A stretch of 63,948 nt of DNA, filler included, from Paramecium tetraurelia (lineage: Eukaryota): the NCBI GenBank assembly GCA_000165425.1. It is 6 parts of 5 records of this genome, joined end to end, with 100 filler letters (N's around TTAATTAATTAA, not from the genome) between each part and the next. Parts side by side here need not be neighbours in the genome. Positions count along the whole stretch, not along the records: positions 1 to 7,907 come from CT868104.1; positions 8,008 to 15,585 come from CT868104.1; 4 more parts are not named here. One strand, 5' to 3'. Made by a program: the position numbers and the translations under genes. Under the pieces are notes generated by a model, which searched no databases, was not told the origin of the DNA, and saw only the letters and a program-made list of their open reading frames with translations. Within the stretch, counting starts at the first letter, position 1; every line of letters begins with the position of its first letter. Below are positions 1-15,200 of this stretch, piece by piece.

Positions 1-350
1 AAATTAATTTAAAAATACTTTAATTTTTTATTAATAATCCAAAATTTACCAAAATTAAATATTTTAATAACCACTAAAAACAACTTAAATACAAAAAATC
101 AAACTAATTATTAATAATAATTTAAAAACACCCATAATATATTTCTTACTAATAAATATTAACCACAATATTTACAAATTAAAATTAATTACAATTTTAC
201 AACATATAATATTTAATTTATTTTAATATAATCCTAATTTCTTTTTACTAATAATTATATCATCTCTCCTTATTTTTTCTTCATCTTAACTTTATTTTTA
301 TTTATTTTTCTACTCTTTTTAACTATATTTATTTATTTATTTTTTTTTTT
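1..350. other. Low-complexity AT-rich tract with no G on the + strand
   Basis: No G between positions 1 and 350; the first G is at 351, immediately after a poly-T run. Confidence 0.85.
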
Positions 351-789
351 GCAAATGATTGGAAATCTCATGAAATATTTAAAGGAAACCTAAAAATTTT
401 AAACCATTATATGGTTAATTAAATTATCAACACGAGCAAATTAACTGATCTAATTTTCTTAAAAATTCTCCTTCTCTCTTTCTTTACTTAATAGCAAAGA
501 TTAATAACACTAATTTACCAATATAATTTCTCTTTGAAATAATAGTTTTTCCATACCACAAATAAAAAAAGCCAAATTAGAATTTGTTCAGAGGATAAGG
601 TTCATATATAATGTAAATAAAGATTTGTAAAATTTGGTACTTTGAAGTTCAGCATAGGAAAGAAAAGTCTTAACATAAAAATACAATTAGTGCTGTTTAA
701 TCATTTAGTTTTCAATCAGCTGTACATGTAGCTTATATATATTTTATCAGAAAGACCCAAATAAAACTTTTATAAAATAACATTTACAG

Positions 790-1030
790 TGTTTAAAAGT
801 TTATCTCATCACATGACCTATAATCAATATCCCATCTACCGACTTTGTTTCCATTATTATATTTCTATTTGCCTTTGTAAATTAATTGTTTCCATTTTCT
901 AAATCCATCATCCAAATCAACCAGTACCCAATTTTATGCCTTTGCTATCTTTATCGTATAATCCACAACCACTAATCTTTACTTTATAATTCTTACATTT
1001 TTTTAAATTCTACCTCATTTGTTTTCATAT
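790..1030 (-). pseudogene. Degenerate member of the Paramecium repeat-protein family with GGGxYD...KxGxW / GEYxNGxKVGRWDI (MORN-variant-like) units
   Basis: Minus-strand translation across frameshifts gives GCGLYDKDSKGIKLG / VDLDDGFRKWKQLIYKG..YNNGNKVGRWDIDY; stops and frameshifts present. Confidence 0.5.
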
Positions 1031-1735
1031 AAATCTGCTCTCTTATCAGATTCAAAGTATGCTGAAGAAATTTGGAAAGAATAATCAACCAAATAGATAA
1101 AAAATGTGATTTAAATGGAAAGGGCATCATATTTAATATCATTAACAACAATATTAATTTAGCAGAAGTAACATATACTCACCTAGAGGCATTTGTGCAA
1201 ATTGTTAAGCAAATTAGTGGGTAGAAGAAATTAAAGCTTTTAAAGAAAAAGTAATGAAAAAAATCAAAGAGATTTAGTCATTAATTAAGTAAGAATAAAT
1301 TTAATCCAGGAGTCAACCAAATCAAAAAACTATAATTTGTATGAGTTTTTAATTCTTTAAAGGATTTTGATATGTAAATACTCAGTTTGATAAATTAAAT
1401 TTTTCAAAGAGAACAAATTTCAGACAAGTATAGAATTTCTTTCTAAAGCTTAGATCAAAATCATTCCGAATAAGACTTCTTTTAAGTTGAAAAATTATAA
1501 CTTTTCTAAAAGAAACTTTCTTTTAATGCTGTTTAAAATAACATTAAATCAGACTTAAATATACCTTTATCTACTAGCATTTATAAAATTTATACATAAA
1601 ACATTATTAATATTAAAAGAAAATAGAATTTGTAAGTTATGTTAAAATTAGAAACTTAAGGGTTGATTTCCTGTTTTACATAAAAATGATTTAATATGTT
1701 ATATAAATTGTAAAATAATATTTCTTATATCTATT

Positions 1736-4700
1736 TCATAAATTCAACAATTTGAATTTTAATTCTCCACTTTTATTAAGTGATAAAGTTGGAACACAAA
1801 TTTGTTATAGTCTTAAATAGCAAAATATAAATACTCTTTTTTCTCCTAACGCTTCTTTTAAATTGTATGCCATCTCAACTTTTTCACATTTTTTTCTAAC
1901 CTTAAATTCCGCTATCTCCAAGAATCGAGTTTTCTATTTAACTTCAAAATTAAGCTTGATTTAGGTTATAATGTATGTAAAATAATTATGAGTAGTGTGA
2001 GAATTTTATCTTTGTATTTACTATAATAAGCTGAAATAATATCATGAAGATATGGAAAACTAAATCTAAAGCATATAAGCACGATCAAAATTGACAAAAT
2101 TCTTGCTTACACATAACTTCCTTACTATTCGCAAAGATATTAAACTGCAGCCAAGAAAATTGCCATTAGACAAAATTGTCCAGAGATCAAATCCAACCTG
2201 TTTAATTTTGGATAAATGTAAGGTTGATATGTTGACGTGATTATTTAATAGATAGTTAAGCACATAGCAATCAAGATACCTTTAAAATATACATTCGTTT
2301 CAAAATAAATCAATATCACAATAATGATTGTTTTCTTCCATAACTTTACCCATTCCCAAAAAGACCTATTAATATTGTATTCATTAAATAAATAGCCAAT
2401 GTGTCTTCTAAATGTTATCTTATCAAATAATTATCTGTTGAGGTACAAAAATAAAATTAATGAAATTGGTATAATTAAACCAATCAGTAATGATATTGGC
2501 AATGCAAACCTATACATCCATGCCGAGTGAGTTGAGGATCCAAAGTGAAGAGATACATCTCCTTGAACATATTCAATATTGGAAATTTCCCTTTTTGCCA
2601 AAATTGAGAAAAGCCTTAAATAATTATATTATCTTACTGATTTATTAATGCAGCATAGTTTTGAATATACATGTAAATTAATGTAATCGAGATTATGTTA
2701 TTACGAAGTTTGACAATTGCTAACATTGAGATTATGCTTGGACGACTACTTAAATGGATGAAGATTTATAAAGTGATTAAAGTAAGCATAATTAATATTC
2801 TCGCATATATCAGTTCGGTTTCAAATGATTAGGAAATATCACAATCTAAATTACTTGTCAGAAAATAGGAGGGTATCACTTATTTAGTTAACGAGAGATA
2901 AACGAAAATGAGAATTGAATGTTAAAAGGTAAAAAGAACAGAAAATAGTCCAAATATGATTAAGGGAGGTTAGCTTTTAACAAGGATACTCTCTTTAATC
3001 TAAGGACAATATTTTTTATATTTACGTAAGGTTCATTTTTAAACAGTATATGGGCAAATTTTTGAGTAAGTTTAAATAAGGTAAATAGTTGATTGGGTTT
3101 CTCTACACTAACGTATTGTTATTTGTGTTGAGAGAAAATCCTTACTAAATTAATAATTACGAACGTGTAATATATAGAGAGGAACTATTGTAATTGAAAG
3201 TACTTCAATCCAACATTTAGATAGTCTTTTTTTANNNNNNNNNNNNNNNNNNNNNNNNNNNNNNNNNNNNNNNNNNNNNNNNNNNNNNNNNNNNNNNNNN
3301 NNNNNNNNNNNNNNNNNNNNNNNNNNNNNNNNNNNNNNNNNNNNNNNNNNNNNNNNNNNNNNNNNNNNNNNNNAACATTTTTGAAGCAATCATTTACTAA
3401 ATCTGACTCTTGATGAGGTCTCCAAAATCCAGGCTTCAAGTTAATACTGTTGGAAGTAATGGCTTCAAATTTGTTTTTATCAAATATTGAACACTTTGTG
3501 GCATTGTACGTAACAGAATAGAACCCTTGCTTTGATTAGCAAGTCAAACAACCACTTAAAACATAGAACTCTTCCAATTAACAAAGTAGACTTTTTATCT
3601 TTATATTATAAGATAATTCTTAAATCGAATTTTTTGTTTTACAGTAGATTTAAATTTCATATTATTTGTCGGTTTGATTATATGGATCAAAAGTGAAAGT
3701 CAACATTCCCAGGTCAAATTTGCTTGTCGTTTAGTTAAATTAAATTAAGGATACATTGATTGATTACAATTGCGTTTATCTTTTATTATCGAATATTTAT
3801 TCAATGATTTAGCAAGTTGAATTGGTAAAATTAAGCAATTATTCATTAAATCTATTTTTAAATTGAATGGATAATTCATTTATATATGAGGTAAATTTAT
3901 TTTATTTAGGATCATATAAATCATATTTTGATGTCTCTTAATTGCTAAGAATCATCAATTTATCTTCCATCATTACTTTACCTTGTTAAATTATTTAATA
4001 TGGACTTAATTTTAATAGCTTTATAGATACTTAATCAATTATAAAATCTGAAGGCATGATTTAATTGTTGATTGATAAATCTAAATGCGAAGGTAACTCT
4101 TGCAAATTATTTGTAGTCAAGTCAGCACGGTTAAAACGTATGAGAGAATTCTCAAAATTTATTTCACTTAGAATACTTTCACCAGCTAAATAAATCCCTC
4201 CACCCTCTCTTGCTTTATTGCATTAAATTTGTGAAGAAATTATGTTAAAATCTTTATTATTGAGATCAAAATACAATCCCCCTCCTAATAAAGTGGCAGT
4301 ATTATTCAAAATCTTGATGTTTAGCAGAACTGTCCTGACGTTTGTTGAAGATACAGCTATTCCTTAGCCACCAGTATTATTAATAAAACGAGAATTTCTA
4401 ATAACTAACTTACTTTGAATTTGTTTATCGGATAAAGCATTAATACATCCAAATTGTTAAATATTATTTCCAATACATTATAGTTCTTGAATCGTTATCT
4501 TTAAGAATTCAAGTAAGTAAAAATAGATTAAGCCATTCTTACAAGTTTTGCGATCATTATTTAAGAAAGATATAGATTATGAGCTTATTTTTGTTAAATT
4601 TTTGAAGATTTAATGTATAAGATCGATCCCGTTTTAAGTGGAATATGATTAAATCAATTCAAAATTATTTTATCTTACCATTAAATCTTCTTCGCTTATT

Positions 4701-7700
4701 GGAAGGGATACAACCTTTAATTTCTAACATTGAGAGTATTCTATATAGAAATTTGGGTAACTTTAAGGAGTTAATATCTAATACTAATAATTAAACATGC
4801 TTATTTTTGATACTTTTAGGTTTAGAATCTATATTATTGTTTTAAATTAAGCAACTTATTCAATATGAATCAAATGCAAATTATAAAATAAAGTAATTTA
4901 ACTAAATTAAATATTCACTATTTAAATTTTTTTGCAATTTATCAAATTTAGTATGCCAAAAAGTGCAAATCCTTCATATTTAACATTATAAAATTTTAAA
5001 TTGCATCCTTAAATATTAAAAATAGCATTTTTTTAAGTAATTTTTGATAAAATTATTGGTTCCAGGAGGTTAAGTTATCTGTTGAACCGCAGTTACGCTT
5101 CTTAACTTTATGATATAAGAATGTTCTCTAGTGTAACATTAATTCAAATCGACCTATTCCACATGGAAATATAAATGCTAAAAATAAATTGATTAAAGAG
5201 AAACAATTAGAAATTTGGACGTTTTTTATCAAAATAGTATTTGAAGTTTCTGATGGTTCAAAAGATATGATCGCAGGGGCTTACTGATTATGAACTTCTG
5301 TGAAATTAAAATATTATAACATCAATGTTAAATTACTGCTTTATGAATGTATACTTATTGATCCTTCTTATTCCTGATTTGAAAGCAAATTAATTTAAGA
5401 ATAAGCAATACTACAATTTATTCTAGAATTACAATTCCGCTCCCTCTGGTGATTATATCTAAGATAGAGCTGCTTCTGGCAATTAGGTATTAAGATTTAT
5501 CCATTTTATGAGGTGAATTTATCAGCTACTATTTACATAACTCCTCCTTTATTTTTTAATTGAGAGCATTTTATTCAATCATATAATTGACCTCTATCTA
5601 ATTAAGATCATTTTGTAACTCAATGTCATAATACTTATTCCAAAACTCTGTTTTAAGATAATTATGGTAAGATACTTTTATTTTTGCCACTTTAACTTCA
5701 CTAGAGCTGATTGCAATAAAGTATTATGAGAGTTTGCTAGATAATCTGATAGCACAAATATTATACAGAGGATGACCTATCATGTGTTAATGATTTTTNN
5801 NNNNNNNNNNNNNNNNNNNNNNNNNNNNNNNNNNNNNNNNNNNNNNNNNNNNNNNNNNNNNNNNNNNNNNNNNNNNNNNNNNNNNNNNNNNNNNNNNNNN
5901 NNNNNNNNNNNNNNNNNNNNNNNNNNNNNNNNNNNNNNNNNNNNNNNNNNNNNNNNNNNNNNNNNNNNNNNNNNNNNNNNNNNNNNNNNNNNNNNNNNNN
6001 NNNNNNNNNNNNNNNNNNNNNNTGGCCTGGATTTTGTCCCTGTAAAGTAACCAATGGACAGCAGTGAATATCAATAAAAGATTAATCTATAGTAACCTAA
6101 TTAGTAAATTTTATGAAACTTAAATAAAGACTCTAAAATCCTTTTATAGATACTAATTTTGAATATTAATAGTTGTTAATTGCGCAATCTTAATTAATGG
6201 GAATTTTAAATACTTAAAATTCATTCTATACAGATATATTCTTAAAAATAATTTCAGAGATGTTGTATAAATAAAAGTAGCGATGATTAAAAGTATTTAA
6301 TATTTATAAATTCTAAATTAAAATATTAGAACAACTAAGTATAAAAGAGTAATCTTGGATAGGGTTATTATTATCTTAAAAAGCTATATTCGTTAATTCT
6401 ATTTTTGTTGCTTTTATTTGGTTTAAATCAATAATTAATACTTAAAAATTTTGGAAGATATTGAAAGATATAACAAAACCATCCAATTTTACTTCATATT
6501 AATCATTAATCGAGTATTACTTCTCAAACAAAATTGAGTATTTAAATACATTTTTTCTGAACAATAAGTGAAAGCAAAAGAGATCTTTATTAAATTTTAT
6601 CAGCTGTGAATTTAAAATCTCGTTTTCAATCATTTAAAGAGATTCGATATATATCATATTGTTATCATAATTTTATAAAATTGAACAATTAGAAATTATT
6701 GAATTCTTTATTATGACATCCTTTATTCTTATTTTAGACTATTCTTTGATTAGTTTGATATTAAATAATATAAAATTATTTAATTAACATCCTTCAATCA
6801 AAAGGTTTTCAATTATAATATGTTTATTTGAAGTAGTATTAAAATTGAACAAAACTGTATTGCTCATACTGCAATCCATCAAAAAAAAAGACTCTATCAA
6901 AATATCTTCATTTTATGTACTTCTAATCTATCTAAAATATAAATTAATTATTAATATTAGCATTTTAAATTGACACATTATAAATTTTAAAAATCCGATA
7001 AGAATTCTTAGAGATCCCAAATTCAATTGGTTTTATTTTATTTGAATAGAAGCTGCAATTTAGTATTTAATAATCTATTTCTTCTTAATTATTATAAAAC
7101 TCTATATAAAGATTATTCTCTATATTTACAAACAAATTACTTAATACTATTGAATTAAAATTTTGAATACTATAGTATGAAAATATTGATAGATCACCTT
7201 ATAATCTTAGTTTAAGTAGTTGGATTGAAAATACTTTTGTTTAAAATGAATTGATAATTTTTAGATAACTAGATTCACAATAATCCTCTCTGAACAATGT
7301 TACCGTCAAAATGAATTGCTGCAGACCAATTTCATCAAAATAAGAGAAGTCAAAATTATTCTCAAAGAAATTTTGACTCATAGGTCTAAGCTCATCTTCA
7401 TAAATGCCAATATTACATAGCCTTAGAACCTCTTATTATCATAAATAATACTGAATATTCAAAGGCAGTTTAACTTGGATCATAAATATATTTAGCAATT
7501 TATAGAATTTGGTCAATTTCAACATTTGAATTTGAGATGCTTTTTATACACTAGGTAGTATATTAAGTATTCATTTCGTTAATTTTGTAGTAAGGATTTA
7601 TGCTCTAAAATATTAATCTCAAATACCATAATGCTATCATTAGATCTTAATTAGCATACTAAACAAAATGAAGGACAAATTATGCATTCTCCATTTTCTT

Positions 7701-7907
7701 AAACTCTATAGGGTTCTTAGTAAGGGTTTAAGGAACATAAATCACAAGTAAAACTGGCTGTACTATATTGCTTCTGACATTTCTAACAATCTTAATCACA
7801 ATATTTTGCACAGTTATTATTAAATAATTAATATCCTTCAAAACATTCAACTACTATAATCGTATAAATACTAATATTTATAGGAATAATTAATTTTTGT
7901 AAATCTT
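1736..7907 (-). CDS. Large Paramecium-family membrane protein: Cys-rich repeats, beta-helix/pectin-lyase-like GG(G)IY repeats and C-terminal multi-TM region; 5'-truncated, gapped, with frameshifts (pseudogene or consensus errors)
   Basis: Minus strand reads CAKYCDQDCQKCQ (~7800), NNTATLLGGGLYFD and NKAREGGGIYLAG (~4200-4310), GCLTCQSKQGFYSVTYNATKC...LKPGFWRP (~3420-3550), then TM segments with RRHIGYLFNEY..FWEWVKLWKKT (~2340-2410). TGA at 1736-1738 after a 23-nt intron. Indels at ~2800-3230 and ~5100-5700. Confidence 0.7.
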
Positions 7908-8007
7908 NNNNNNNNNNNNNNNNNNNNNNNNNNNNNNNNNNNNNNNNNNNNTTAATTAATTAANNNNNNNNNNNNNNNNNNNNNNNNNNNNNNNNNNNNN
8001 NNNNNNN
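7908..8007. other. Artificial scaffold linker (44N-TTAATTAATTAA-44N)
   Basis: Identical 100-bp structure also at 15586-15685, 33408-33507, 51220-51319 and 62814-62913. Confidence 0.95.
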
Positions 8008-8679
8008 GGCGCGAGTGTGCTGGAAAGATAAGTCCAGTTAAAGGAGTATCAAGCAATTCTTTAAAATTTGGTTTATTATTGTGCCTTCCCCCTTTTCAAA
8101 TTTGCAATCTACAATGTATGAAGTTCTTTATTAGCTTAACAAAAAAAATACAGTTTTTAATAAATATAATCTGTGTATGGCATATACTTAGTGATTAAGA
8201 TCGATTGTCTTCGATTAATATCAAATCATTTAATATTCAATTGTATTTGCCATCCATTATGATTGAATGTCTATACTAAAAATTGAGGTGTTCATCTAAT
8301 ATTTTGAAGACTTCCACACTTTCTCCTTCATTTTAATATGCAAGACTAATTGCATAAATATAGACTCCATCTAAATATTCTCCAATATAAATTCCATTTA
8401 CATATTAAGAAATATCATTTGGAAAATTCTTAATTCCTAATTTCACAACTTTTGGTGCCTATTCTTACGAATCCAACTTATGATAGTCTCCAGATCCAAC
8501 AATTATTGTTGTTGAGTTGAGTTTTTGCATGTCTTCTGGCCCAAATATATTTTTGCTCAAATGTTGGCAAAGCGAGTATGTATTACACTATGAATATTTT
8601 TGAAAGCATCGAAGAACCCAATAATCACTTTTGTTAGATATGAATCTATTGCTCCAGTTATCATAATCCAAGTTTTCAT
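8008..8679 (-). pseudogene. Paraoxonase/arylesterase (six-bladed beta-propeller) pseudogene
   Basis: ATG at 8679 with hydrophobic N-terminus, then CQHLSKNIFGPEDM...IIVGSGD...NFPNDISQYVNGIYI...YIYAISLAY..EGESVEVFKI...KYN*ILNDLILIED, matching the PON GxED / VEVF / ND motifs; frameshift near 8580 and an in-frame TGA. Confidence 0.7.
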
Positions 8680-9244
8680 AAAATAAATTAAAATTAAAAT
8701 TATCCACATCAAATTTGATCAGATATAAATTTAAAAAGATATCATCAACGTCAAGAGATTGATGACTTAGACATTATTAATTCAAAGATTACATAGTAAT
8801 TAAAAAGAGTTCTTTCGAATAAGTTTACTTACAACTGAACTTTCAAATTATAATATTATCAGAATATACATAAGCAAAGTTATATTCTAACTACTTAACA
8901 ACAATATAGTAGTTAATTGAGATATAAATCTTGCAATAATGAAATATTTTTTAGACTTAATTATTCTTAAATAAATAAGTTTTTATTCCTGACAAAAGGT
9001 TTATCAATGATTAGAGTGTGCCGCAAATCTTTATCAAGAACAAAATTAGCTTTAAATAATAATTTGGGCTTAGAATAAAAGTTTTCCATTTAATTTTAGC
9101 TTTCAAAAAATAGTTTGTTGATTGTAAGGAATTTAATGTATTTATATTGAAAATGAATATCCATTATGATTGAAAAATTAGAGATATTATTTAGCTTAAA
9201 AATATATATTTTATATCTCATTCATAGGGATTGATTCAGAGATC

Positions 9245-12200
9245 ATGGAACATTAATGTGATTTTGAATTCTTATTATATTATTTTTGGTCCTTTGAAGT
9301 CGAAACATTGTTTTGCTTAAAGATCTATTAAATATTTAAAGATTCTATTCTTTCAATGTATTAATATTAACATAATGAAATTATCTATATTAAACATTTT
9401 AATGTGGAAATAAATCAATTTAAATTTGTTTTATCAGAGATTAAATCAAAGTTGATCAGAAATGGCATTTTTGTAAATTTTTAAACACAAAGTTTTTATT
9501 AAAGAATTTTAGTTTAAAATAAAATGAAAGTAAAAAATGCTTACGCAAAATCACAAGAGTTAAAGTAGGAAGAAGAAAGACTTCAAGGTATAGGTGGTTA
9601 GTTTTGTATGCAATATGATTTAGAATCACTAAATTTCATAACCTAATTTATCCCACAGTTCTTGGAATATTATGTTAATTCATAAAAGAGAGATAAATAT
9701 GCAAACTAATTGCCATTAATATCTGTAACAAATAGTCCAATTAGAAACATATTAACCAGATTCGATATCAACTTATTATTTCCTGAAAGAATTTGGGAAT
9801 TTTCAATGACACGTATTTTCTCATTAAATTTTATAGCGATCTTCCTTGAACAACTCACAAAACTTTAGTTCTTCACCTAAAACCTACCAAAGATATTGTA
9901 TATGATAAAATTGATTTTAAGAGGAGATTTTAAAATTCATGAAAAAAAATCATAAAATTAGGAGTTTTCTGAATATCATTTATATAGATTCACGAAGATT
10001 GAATAATATAGAAAAACTTTACCTCATTCATAAGTTTATATTGTTAAGAATTAATTTATACTTTCTGAACAATTTGTAGTTCAAATAATTCCAACTTAAA
10101 AATTTACTCTAAATTCTTAGAATCAACTTTCAACTTTATAATATGTTGATACTATTGTTTTTATATGTTATTAGCAGGGTTATGGCGAAAATTACATTTG
10201 TAAATATTTAAATGAATAAGCAAATGATCCTTTTATTTAAAATGAATTCTCTCTATTATAAGAAAGCAAAAAATCCATCCAAATTAAGGACAGAAATGGC
10301 AATCAAAGTTATGTGTTACCCAGAAAGTTTAAACTTATAAATTTTGAAGCAAATTAATTTGAATTTTGTTCTAAATATCAAAGATGGATCAAAAAAATGA
10401 ATATTGCTCATTATGAAAATCGAATTTAAATCTAAAATGAATTCAAATCTTAATAATACCTATTGAAAAAATACTTATTCACTCCAAATTTTGATTAATA
10501 TCAGAATTTACTTAAAAATATTAAGAGTGAAAAATTTTCCATAAATATGGAATAATTTCAAGCTATTTCTCAAGAAGGTGATACAATTTTGATTGGTAGA
10601 AGTGGAACTGGAAAAACGACTATCTCATTGTTGAAATTATTTATAACTGATGCAATATTTATGTTGAGGTAGAATCTTGACCTTTTTAAAGAATCTTATT
10701 CTAAAATTAATTTGTAATATAATAAGGAACTTTAATCTGGAATTTAATTGAAAACCTTATTTTTAACATCTAGTCCTTTATTAGCTTAATAGATTAAATA
10801 GAAATATGAAAATATGGTTAAAAATGTTGAAGAGAATTTAAGATAAAAGAACAGAATTTAGAGGATTTCAGAATAGTAAAAAGACAATCTCAACGATAGT
10901 ACTGTGTAAATCCTAGATTTATTGGGAGAGTAAGAAGAAAATGAAAGTTAATTTGAGGTTGAAGTTGAAAATGAAAACGAAGATGATGTTGATTAATATG
11001 AAAAAGAGATGGGATAATTCTAAACCATTTCAGATATTAAATAGTTTCCTGCCTTTCTTACTATAAGAAAATTACTATTTCTGATTGATTCTTAACTATA
11101 AAACCCATTTTTTAAAAATATTGAATAGATTCATAGATAAGCCTAATGGCATAATGAATAGTTTGGAGTTCTATCACTGAATTAAAATGCCACTAATAAT
11201 TTTTCAGAGAAATTAGAATCCCAAGTCCATGATCTCGACTCCAAAGAAATAATATACCACAATAATAAATTAAAGGAAGTTACTTTAGAAAGCTTTAAAG
11301 AGTTTTTTTGGCCAAAAATCATGTAGGAATTCCACTGGACTGAAAAAGCAATCTTCTCAGAACTGGATCCTATAATAATTTGGTCAGAAATTATCACAAT
11401 TATCAAAGGACATGAATTTTCATATCTATTTCCTAACTTTCATCTTAGTCAAGAGGAATATAAGAGAAGCTATAGTCATAACAGGTAATCACAACCGGAT
11501 TAGGTATTTAAAATATTCTTAATATACGAGAAATTAAAATCAAAATATGACTATTATGATATTCTTGATCTGATTAATCATATTAATTACGAATAAGCTT
11601 GTTGTTTTGATATTATCTAATATATGCACTATATTATACTTGATGAACTTTAAGATGTTCCAAAAGCTTTGCTAATTCTACTTAATAGAATGACTTAAAT
11701 TCAACTATTTTTAGCAGGTGACAATGCTTAGAATATTGTTAAAGGTATTGGGATGAAATTCTCAGAGATTAAGAGTTGCCTTGAGCAAGAGAAAAATTAA
11801 ACCTAATCGATTCGAAACTCCAAGACTTCACTAATCTAATTATCATACAATTTCAGATCTAGCAATTAAATTTTATAATTAGGTAATACTTTGGTCAACG
11901 CTCTTGAATTATTGTTTCCTAATTAACTTGATTCCTTATAAAAAGAGAAATCAAATTAATAAGGACCAAAACCAACTATTATTTAGAGTTGTGAAAATAA
12001 GGATCTATTGAATTATTTATTAAAATAATATAGAAATAATTAGAGTAACATCGAATTCGGTTGCAATTCGGTGATTATTGTAAAAGATTAAGATTCAAAA
12101 TTAAAAATTCCAATAGAATTATAGAATGCCATTATTTTAACTATATATGAAGCAAAAGGTTTAGAATTTGATGATGTTATATTATTTAACTTTTTCACTG

Positions 12201-15200
12201 ATGTCGATGAAGATGACAGTTTTATGAGTTTGCTTCAATAACTAGAAATAGTCAGAGTCAGAATGGATAAACACGAATGGAATACGAAATGTAAATTAAA
12301 TTTTTCTATGTTTAGCTAACTAAAATGCGTATTTAAATCACAAGGACATTGGTTAATATGAGGTGGAGTTGACAAAACTATAATGCCTACAAAATAACCA
12401 AAAATCAAAGTAAAATGTTCCCATAAAAAATCAAAACAAAGTCAATCTTTCTCTGTAACATAAATTAAAATAGCTTTACGTGGCTATAACCAGACCAAAA
12501 AATAAATTAATAATATTTGATTAATAGTTATAAAATAGAATGTATATTCAGAAGATTTGGGAAGATTTGGACATAGTAGAAATAATTTAAGATACCCAAT
12601 TATAGTAAATCTAAGAATAAAAGTTTGTTTTATCATTTTCAATGGATAATAAAACTAATTGGAAGAAGTAAGGATATAGAATGCTTAGACAAAATAATTA
12701 TGAGCAAGCCTATAAGTGTTTTATGCTTGCTACTGAAACAGAATTAGCAAAGAAATGCATGGCTTATAATTTAACCACCTAAGCTACTCTTAATTAAAAT
12801 AATATATTATTATTCAATCAAGCAGCATAGATCTTTGAAGAAATAAACCTAACAAAAAGAGCAGCCTCTTGTTACTTCTCAGCAAAGAATTATTAAAAGG
12901 CCTTGCAATTGTATGAATAATTAAATTGCAAAAATGAAATAGCTGAGTCTGCTTACTTCATGGGATAATATAAACTTGCAGGTCAACTTTTTTAAGAATT
13001 AGGAGAAATAAGAAGATCTCTTGAATGTTTTAATAAGTAACAACTCTGGGATGATTCCTTGGATTAACTTAATTTAAGCAGAGAGTAATTAAAACCAGAA
13101 GAAAAATTAATGTTCTTAAGTATTATAATACCAAAATATTTGAGATCAATAATAGATGATATCGAAAAACAAGAACTATAACAATAACAAAATGAAGAAA
13201 TTATTAACGTTGATGATTAATCCGAATCCGTTTAAGTAGAAAATTCGCTTGTTAATGACAATTTAATTGGATAATAAAACAATCCAGAAGATGATGTATA
13301 AATAATTAATGCTCATGACGATTCTCAATCATTTTAAGTTGTTTTAGATGAATCACTTGATCATTTATCTTTTTATGATCCAGATGATGAATGGATTAAA
13401 GTTGACAATAAATCTTTAATTAAATCTATTGCATCATCAAGTGTGGAATCATAATTTTCGAATGTCTTATTGATGAATTAACCTACAAATACACCACTTC
13501 TTAAAAATAGATAAAATATTTTTATCAAAAATAATGTAATGTTACATTTATGTGAAAGATTTTAATAGTTTTAGAAGGAATTTAAACTGCTATTAGAAAA
13601 TTAAAAAAGTTAAAGTGCATTACTGTCATTTAGAAATATGGAAGAGAAAGAGTTTGACCATATGATTAATTTTTTATATGATTTAGAGAACTTTGACATA
13701 GAATCTGTTTATTTTGTGTTGGATATCCTAGAGCATTTTAAAAGTTACAAACTTTGTATTTATGTTTGCAATCAGTTCAAATTATCTTAACATTTAGGCA
13801 GATATTTAATTTCTTTGGCATCCCAATATACTCCGCTTAATAAAAATAAATTTAAACTAGAAAATTGGATTATTGGTAACAACTTAAAAAGAAAACGTTT
13901 ATTAGACCAATCAATCCTAGCCTAATTCACATTCAATAAAATTTTAGAATCAATAAATCCAATTTATTTGTAATTCAAAAATGAAGATATACTCCACTCG
14001 TCCAATAGTTTTGGAGTCGAATGTTATAAATAATTGATAGGATTAGGGTATTGGAGAACTATAATTTATTAATTGAACTATGAAAATGCAGTTAAATTAT
14101 GTTAATCTTTTAATAGCTATTAAGATTTGGTGATCCTCATTCAAAAAATCAAGGAAAATAGAGAGACCAAATAGTTAACAGATGAAGAACAATTTTAATT
14201 AATTAAAAATAACTACTTCATCTAAGTAGAATAACATTTCCTATCAAATCAATCTAAAAATAATATCAATATTGATGAAATATTCGAAATTACTATTTAA
14301 TGTGCTTCCTAAAAAAAATTAAATAAAGAAAATATAATACAATTGATCAATAATTCAAAACTACATCAAGTAAATCTAACAAATTAAGATAAGCTTAAAT
14401 AAATAGAATCTATTATTTTATGTATGTTTTGTTGTATGGGAATATTAAAGTTTGAAATGGATTCATATTCCCTAATTATTGATTTAGTTAATTAATAGTA
14501 GTACTGTATTAATCAATTATTTTATGCTCACCTCAAACCTAACATCATTGAAGCACTCTAATTTTTATTCAAATTTTCTTTCACAACTGGAGATATTATG
14601 ATTGAGTATTCTTAATTTTGCATTGTTCACATTACATCGAAACTGATAAAAAATGTGAATGATTAAATGATCTTTATAGACATAGCTTATGAATACATCT
14701 TAATAACATTTGAAACCTTAGGTAAACTTTTTAAGTCATATTTTTGCAATTTCAAACCAATCGTTAAGTTATTTTCAACTATTGAATATTAATAAGGGCA
14801 ATAGGAAACAAAAAATATTATTAATTGCTTAAAATAAAGGCTCTAATATTAATATGAGAACATCCTTCCAAATCTTACTTTTTATTTGAAAGACAAAATA
14901 GATTATTATTCAAAAATGGTTTATGGAAATCGTCAAAAGAGTCTTGTGGATGCAGTCGATGATCATGAAACATCAATTTTGCATTTTACAAAGTCTGATG
15001 AATTGAGAACTGTTCATAACTGGCTCTTATAAACGAATTTCAGAATTGATAATATGGATAAGTAAATTAAATATTATTTAAAAAATGAATGCATACTCCT
15101 ATTTGAATAAGGATTAATAAATTAAAAGTAGAAACATGGCTTTTTTATTTTAGCGTTAAACTTATTACATTTATAAGATAATATACCATATGCCATATTT

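Noticed and set aside
7952..7963. Palindromic TTAATTAATTAA repeated five times as a biological motif
   Set aside because: Always centred in an exact 100-bp N gap; it is a six-frame-stop assembly linker.
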